Assembly (NCBI GenBank): GCA_964496095.1
Contig: CAZBWU010000002.1
Span: forward strand, 79,595 to 143,594
Direction of reading: 5' to 3'
Source of the DNA: an uncultured Gammaproteobacteria bacterium
GTDB lineage: Bacteria > Patescibacteriota > Patescibacteriia > Magasanikbacterales > GWA2-37-8
Length of the DNA: 64,000 nucleotides
Both the position numbers and the translations under genes were made by a program. Each line of letters starts with the position of its first letter. The first letter of the stretch is position 1. This document shows, in pieces, positions 59,647-64,000 of the stretch. The notes beneath the pieces were generated by a model. It had not been told where the DNA came from. It made no database searches and saw only the letters and a program-made list of their open reading frames with translations.

Positions 59647-60591
59647 CTATTTAGCATTAAGATGGCCCCCGTTATCAAGATACCAAGCATACATACTTGA
59701 CAAACCATCCTTCAAAGAAGTTCTAGGATTCCAGCCCAAACTATTTATTCTTTCAGTATCTAAATATCTCCTTGGCGTCCCGTCAGGTTTTGAGGTATCA
59801 AAAACCAACTCCCCCTTAAATCCCACCACTTCTTTCATTGTTTCTGCTAATTCTCGAATTGAAGTCTCAAACCCCGGCCCAATATTGATATGCTCTAGAC
59901 CGTTATAATCATTCATTAACATTACTAAACCCTCAACTAAATCTTCAGAGTAAAGAAAGTCCCTCGTCGGCTTTCCAGTACCCCATATTACCATTTCCTT
60001 GTCTCCCCTCCTCATGGTCTCTACAAACCTTCTCATCATGCCAGGAATTACGTGTGAATTAGTTGGATGAAAATTATCATGTGGACCATAAAGATTAGCA
60101 GGCATAACAGAGATAAAATTATCTCCATATTGCTCTTTATACTTCTTACAAAGCATAAGACTAGCAATCTTAGAGATAGCATACCCTTCATTTGTAGACT
60201 CTAGTGGCCCAGTGAGTAATGATTCCTCTTTCACTGGAATTTCAGCCTGCACAGGATAAATACAAATGCTGCCAAAATTTAATAATTTTTTAACTTGATT
60301 CTGATGAGCGGCATGAATTACATTAAAATTAATCACTAAATTTTCGTAGGTAAAATCTGCCGGGAAGGTTTTGTTGCCCACAATTCCTCCCACCTTCGCG
60401 GCTAAATGAAAAACATATTCCGGCTTTTCTTCTTCAAAAAATTTATTGGTTGCCGTCTGGTCTAAAAGATCTAAATCTTTATGAGATCTTGTAATAATGT
60501 TTACATAACCTTGTTTTTTAAGCTCATTAACAAGCGCTGTACCCACAAGACCTTTATGACCGCTCACATAAATTTTTGCATTTTTTTCCAT
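59647..60591 (-). CDS. fcl: GDP-L-fucose synthase (GDP-4-keto-6-deoxymannose 3,5-epimerase/4-reductase)
   Basis: 'KIYVSGHKGLVGTALV' and a 'YAISKIA' YxxxK motif. Immediately downstream of gmd. Confidence 0.85.
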   Translation of the reverse strand: MEKNAKIYVSGHKGLVGTALVNELKKQGYVNIITRSHKDLDLLDQTATNKFFEEEKPEYVFHLAAKVGGIVGNKTFPADFTYENLVINFNVIHAAHQNQVKKLLNFGSICIYPVQAEIPVKEESLLTGPLESTNEGYAISKIASLMLCKKYKEQYGDNFISVMPANLYGPHDNFHPTNSHVIPGMMRRFVETMRRGDKEMVIWGTGKPTRDFLYSEDLVEGLVMLMNDYNGLEHINIGPGFETSIRELAETMKEVVGFKGELVFDTSKPDGTPRRYLDTERINSLGWNPRTSLKDGLSSMYAWYLDNGGHLNAK

Positions 60592-60629
60592 AAAATGAAT
60601 TTATAAAATATAATTTTATAAAAAACTAT

Positions 60630-61682
60630 TTATACCATATAATCCCTACTCAATAACCCCATTTCCTCAAATTCAGCCTCCACCATTAATTTAATCAGGT
60701 CTTCAAATTTTACTTTTGGCTCCCAACCCAAAACTTTTTTCGCTTTACTAAAATCTCCCAACAAAAAATCCACTTCCGTGGGACGGAAATAACGCGGGTC
60801 AATTTCCACTAGCACCTTGCCGCTTTTAGTATCAATACCCTTTTCCTCAATACCTTTCCCCTTCCATTCTATCTCATAACCCAATAAACGAGCGGTGTGT
60901 TCCACAAACTCTCGCACGGTATGAGTTTCACCGGTAGCGATTACATAGTCATCAGGACTTGGCTGTTGTAACATCATCCACATCGCTTCCACATAATCTT
61001 TGGCATACCCCCAATCTCTCTTTGCATCTAAATTTCCTAAATAAATTTTTTCTTGTTTTCCTAATTTTATTTTCGCAAATGCGTTGGTAATTTTCTTTGT
61101 CACAAACGTGCCGCCGCGCCGCGGTGATTCATGATTAAATAAAATACCGTTGCAAATAAACATGTTGTAGGCTTCACGGTAATTTACCGAAATGTGATGA
61201 GCAAAAACCTTGGCACAGGCATATGGACTGCGAGGATTAAACGGCGTGGTTTCGTTTTGGGGTGTGGCCAATACTTTGCCATACATTTCCGAAGATCCAG
61301 CTTGATAATATTTAACCCGCAACTGCTCATTTCTGATCACATCAAGCAATCGTAATGCGCCTAAACCGTCGGCGTCGGCGGTATATTCCGGAATATCAAA
61401 GCTAACCCGGACATGACTCTGAGCCCCGAGATTATACACTTCATCCGGTTGCACTTTTTCCAAGATCCGATTGATATTACTACCATCAGTTAGATCTCCA
61501 TAGTGCAACACCATTTTTAACTCCTGCTCATGAGGATCCTGATAAATATGATCCAAACGAGTAGTATTAAAACTACTGGAACGACGAATTATTCCATGTA
61601 CCTGATACCCCTTACTGATTAAAAATTCTGCTAAATACGAACCATCTTGTCCGGTAATGCCAGTAATTAGGGCTTTTTTCAT
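60630..61682 (-). CDS. gmd: GDP-mannose 4,6-dehydratase
   Basis: '[37 protein letters not shown]' is a near-canonical Gmd N-terminus. Confidence 0.9.
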   Translation of the reverse strand: MKKALITGITGQDGSYLAEFLISKGYQVHGIIRRSSSFNTTRLDHIYQDPHEQELKMVLHYGDLTDGSNINRILEKVQPDEVYNLGAQSHVRVSFDIPEYTADADGLGALRLLDVIRNEQLRVKYYQAGSSEMYGKVLATPQNETTPFNPRSPYACAKVFAHHISVNYREAYNMFICNGILFNHESPRRGGTFVTKKITNAFAKIKLGKQEKIYLGNLDAKRDWGYAKDYVEAMWMMLQQPSPDDYVIATGETHTVREFVEHTARLLGYEIEWKGKGIEEKGIDTKSGKVLVEIDPRYFRPTEVDFLLGDFSKAKKVLGWEPKVKFEDLIKLMVEAEFEEMGLLSRDYMV

Positions 61683-61685
61683 ATA

Positions 61686-61698
61686 CGAAATGAGTGAG
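61686..61698 (-). promoter_or_regulatory. Conserved 13-nt pre-ATG motif CTCACTCATTTCG (copy 2, upstream of gmd)
   Basis: Identical to the copy at 37526-37538, at the same -16..-4 position relative to the ATG. Confidence 0.4.
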
Positions 61699-61851
61699 GG
61701 AAATAGCCAGTGAGATATTTATAATCGCTTGCGAGTTATAAATATTGAATCTGGATATTTCGGAGTGAATGAGTATATATGAGCCTTAGCCCATATAAAA
61801 ATTTAATAGGTAATCTGCAAGCTATTCAAACTAGTCCTTCAAATCAAACCT

Positions 61852-63906
61852 CTATCTAATTGGGGTTGTAGACAAAATTTGACTAATAATTTCTTGTTGT
61901 GATGAATCAAAAATAATATTATTTTTCTTAGCCAAATCAATAGCTTCTTTCGCTTTATCAATTTTTCCCACTAATTTATACACATAAGCTAACCGCCAAT
62001 AAGTCTCGGCGACTTCAGGCCCGTCTGTAAGAGTTTTTTCTAATAATTTTAAACCATCGTCAACTCTGCCAGTTTGTAAATAAAAATTAGTAATATTGTA
62101 TATGATCTGCTGACGTTTTGGAGAATAAACTAACGCCTCATCTAAATAATTACCGTAGTCTGTGATATATTTTGTATCATTTGTTAAAATGTATCCAATC
62201 TGACTCAACTGACTCAATGTCAGATAATTCCTAATATCATAAGGGTGGAGCGAAACATTTTCTTTTAGGGCTTCAATAGAAATATTAAACAATTCTAAAC
62301 TTTTTTCTTTACTAAGCTTAACACTTGACTGATTGCTCAAAACTTGAGCCGCCGTACGCGACAAGTCACCTCTAATATCGTCTATGTGAGGAGAATTGAA
62401 AGAAATGGCAGACTTCATAAGTTCTATCCCTACTTCAGGTTGCGGAGAGCTTAGATACTTCAATGCTTCTAAGGCTTTCATATTAGCTCTAGCTGGCTGA
62501 ATATTAAAGACAAAAATGACTGCAAAAACCAACAAAGCACTAATAAGTAGGCTACCTGAGCCAACAGGCTTATTCAAGGACACGTTCTGATTTGTATTTT
62601 TTACATCTGGATTAAGAATAATTTCTTTTTTCAAAGAAAAACTTGTTACCATTGCCAACCAAAACATAAAGTAAAGATAGGACGTTGGGTTCTCAAACAC
62701 AGTTACGTTCTGAATTAGATGAGAGACCAAAAAAGCCATACCTAAAACTGTAATATGAATATCTAAAACATTTTTTCTTCTTGCCACAACTAACACCGTT
62801 ATAGCTGTTATAAAAATAATTAGATATAATGTTAAACCTACCAAACCCTGGACGGCTAATGTATTAACTATAACATTATGAGCATTATCAAACCATGTTT
62901 CTCCATAGCCAAACTGCAAGGACTTTGGTTGATAGTACTTATTAAAAGCATAGAAAAAATTATTTGGCCCCCAACCAAAAACAGGCTTTTCTTTCCAACT
63001 TTCTACAGCAGATTCCCAAGCAAGCCAACGAGGACTAGCTTTTATAACCGTAAAGGAAGTTAAAATAGCACGATTAACAGCTGGAATTTTTTGAACAAAC
63101 GCGGATTCTCTGAAATTATAAAGCAAAGCAATTAACACAATGCCCAAAACGACTAACCCACTAAGCACCCTTCTAGTTTTAGGAAAATCACGCAACACAA
63201 TAATATAGCCTAATACAGCAAAACCTGCGCCTACTACGAGACCTAAAATCGAACCACGAGTACCACTAAAAATCATACCTCCAAATGCAAGCAATCCCAT
63301 CAAAACGTACGCCCACTTCCAAATCTTATTGCTTTCTTTGATAAAAAGTAAAAACGATACAAAAATTAAAAATAAACCATATCCCCCAACATAAATAGCA
63401 TTGCCTAATGTGGCAATCACACGACTTGATCCTTGGTTTAGAAGTAAATTTGGATTTAAAACTTGAATTAAACCTATCGACATCACTATTGAACCGGCAA
63501 CCAAAAATACATTCAGGGCTTTTCTCCAATCATCCCAAGTTTTAAGAACTGAACTACAAATAAAATAGTAGGCTACATAGTGAAAAATAGTAAATAGACC
63601 CAACATTCTTTCGTGGTTATCCCAAAAACTATGGTACCAATCAACACCAGTAAAAGTAGAAATAGCAAAACTAATAAAAAAGGCACCCACCGCCAAACTC
63701 AGCCAAGAAAATTTAGGTCGAAATTCCTGCCAATTGATAAATAAAAGCAAAATATAACTGGCAATCATCAGTTCTACCAGAGATCTAAAAACCAAGATTT
63801 TGGGAACGATAAAAGGAAATATAAAAGAGGTCGGAAGCACTAGTAGCGGTACAAAAAATGTAAGATAAATAAAAAACTTAACAGCTTTCACTATATTTTG
63901 CTTCAT
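61852..63906 (-). CDS. O-antigen ligase/polymerase-domain (Wzy_C) membrane protein with C-terminal TPR repeats
   Basis: 684 aa. About 12 TM with a large periplasmic loop typical of WaaL/PglL/Wzy_C. The C-terminal ~250 aa are TPR-like. Confidence 0.65.
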   Translation of the reverse strand: MKQNIVKAVKFFIYLTFFVPLLVLPTSFIFPFIVPKILVFRSLVELMIASYILLLFINWQEFRPKFSWLSLAVGAFFISFAISTFTGVDWYHSFWDNHERMLGLFTIFHYVAYYFICSSVLKTWDDWRKALNVFLVAGSIVMSIGLIQVLNPNLLLNQGSSRVIATLGNAIYVGGYGLFLIFVSFLLFIKESNKIWKWAYVLMGLLAFGGMIFSGTRGSILGLVVGAGFAVLGYIIVLRDFPKTRRVLSGLVVLGIVLIALLYNFRESAFVQKIPAVNRAILTSFTVIKASPRWLAWESAVESWKEKPVFGWGPNNFFYAFNKYYQPKSLQFGYGETWFDNAHNVIVNTLAVQGLVGLTLYLIIFITAITVLVVARRKNVLDIHITVLGMAFLVSHLIQNVTVFENPTSYLYFMFWLAMVTSFSLKKEIILNPDVKNTNQNVSLNKPVGSGSLLISALLVFAVIFVFNIQPARANMKALEALKYLSSPQPEVGIELMKSAISFNSPHIDDIRGDLSRTAAQVLSNQSSVKLSKEKSLELFNISIEALKENVSLHPYDIRNYLTLSQLSQIGYILTNDTKYITDYGNYLDEALVYSPKRQQIIYNITNFYLQTGRVDDGLKLLEKTLTDGPEVAETYWRLAYVYKLVGKIDKAKEAIDLAKKNNIIFDSSQQEIISQILSTTPIR

Positions 63907-64000
63907 ACATTTTAATACTTACAATTAAACAATTTCTAATAGATTGGGCTACAGAAATCTTAAAATTACTTGTATATTCTATCTACTCTAAACTTAAATG

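Noticed and set aside
59612-59908. Plus-strand 98-aa ORF starting in the tandem-repeat array and running antisense into fcl
   Set aside because: It begins inside the decamer repeats and is antisense to a strongly supported GDP-fucose synthase gene.
25353-63906. Glycan island as a horizontally acquired mobile element
   Set aside because: No integrase, transposase, flanking tRNA or direct repeats were seen at its borders. The two small HTH 'excisionase-like' proteins look like ordinary regulators with their own operators. Foreign origin cannot be judged without composition statistics.

Overview
This is an AT-rich, very gene-dense bacterial window. Almost every gene from 3.3 kb to 63.9 kb runs on the minus strand, and intergenic gaps are tiny, which is consistent with a small, streamlined genome, possibly of the CPR type. 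Housekeeping content: an ECF sigma factor, tRNA-Val/tRNA-Lys/tRNA-Gln (none encode CCA) plus a CCA-adding enzyme, a dnaG-rpoD-(kinase-like hypothetical)-murG operon, pilT, ftsEX, ftsW/rodA, and a lone rpmA with a textbook promoter and terminator. Accessory content: (1) an AbrB-like regulator followed by a MacAB-type efflux operon (HlyD-family adaptor, ABC ATPase, two FtsX-like permeases), with a GC-rich REP/MITE-like palindromic element in front of each permease gene; (2) a 3.8 kb gene for a secreted protein combining a zinc phospholipase C-like domain, a Thr-rich linker, a lamin-tail domain and a parallel beta-helix; (3) a roughly 38 kb surface-glycan locus covering two blocks. The first block (25.3-33.3 kb) holds a sugar nucleotidyltransferase, four GT2 genes, an HD-domain gene, and rmlB plus an rmlD-like gene. 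The second block (35.2-63.9 kb) holds gmd/fcl, ugd, an FdtA-like isomerase with an aminotransferase, a nine-carbon nonulosonic acid pathway (PseB-like dehydratase, aminotransferase, NeuB-family synthase, CMP-sugar synthetase) with a WbuX/HisH/HisF acetamidino module, at least five SAM methyltransferases, Wzm/Wzt ABC export with an extended Wzt C-terminus, and an O-antigen-ligase-domain protein with TPR repeats. Sequence-level oddities worth a second look: members of one family of GC-rich hairpin repeats sit inside the ends of three reading frames, near-perfect 22-bp palindromes lie upstream of an HTH gene, six perfect tandem decamers lie upstream of a second HTH gene, the ugd and gmd genes share a 13-nt pre-ATG motif, and a 477-bp ORF-free leader carries a hairpin terminator. 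All functional calls come from motif-level reading of the translations; no database search was possible.
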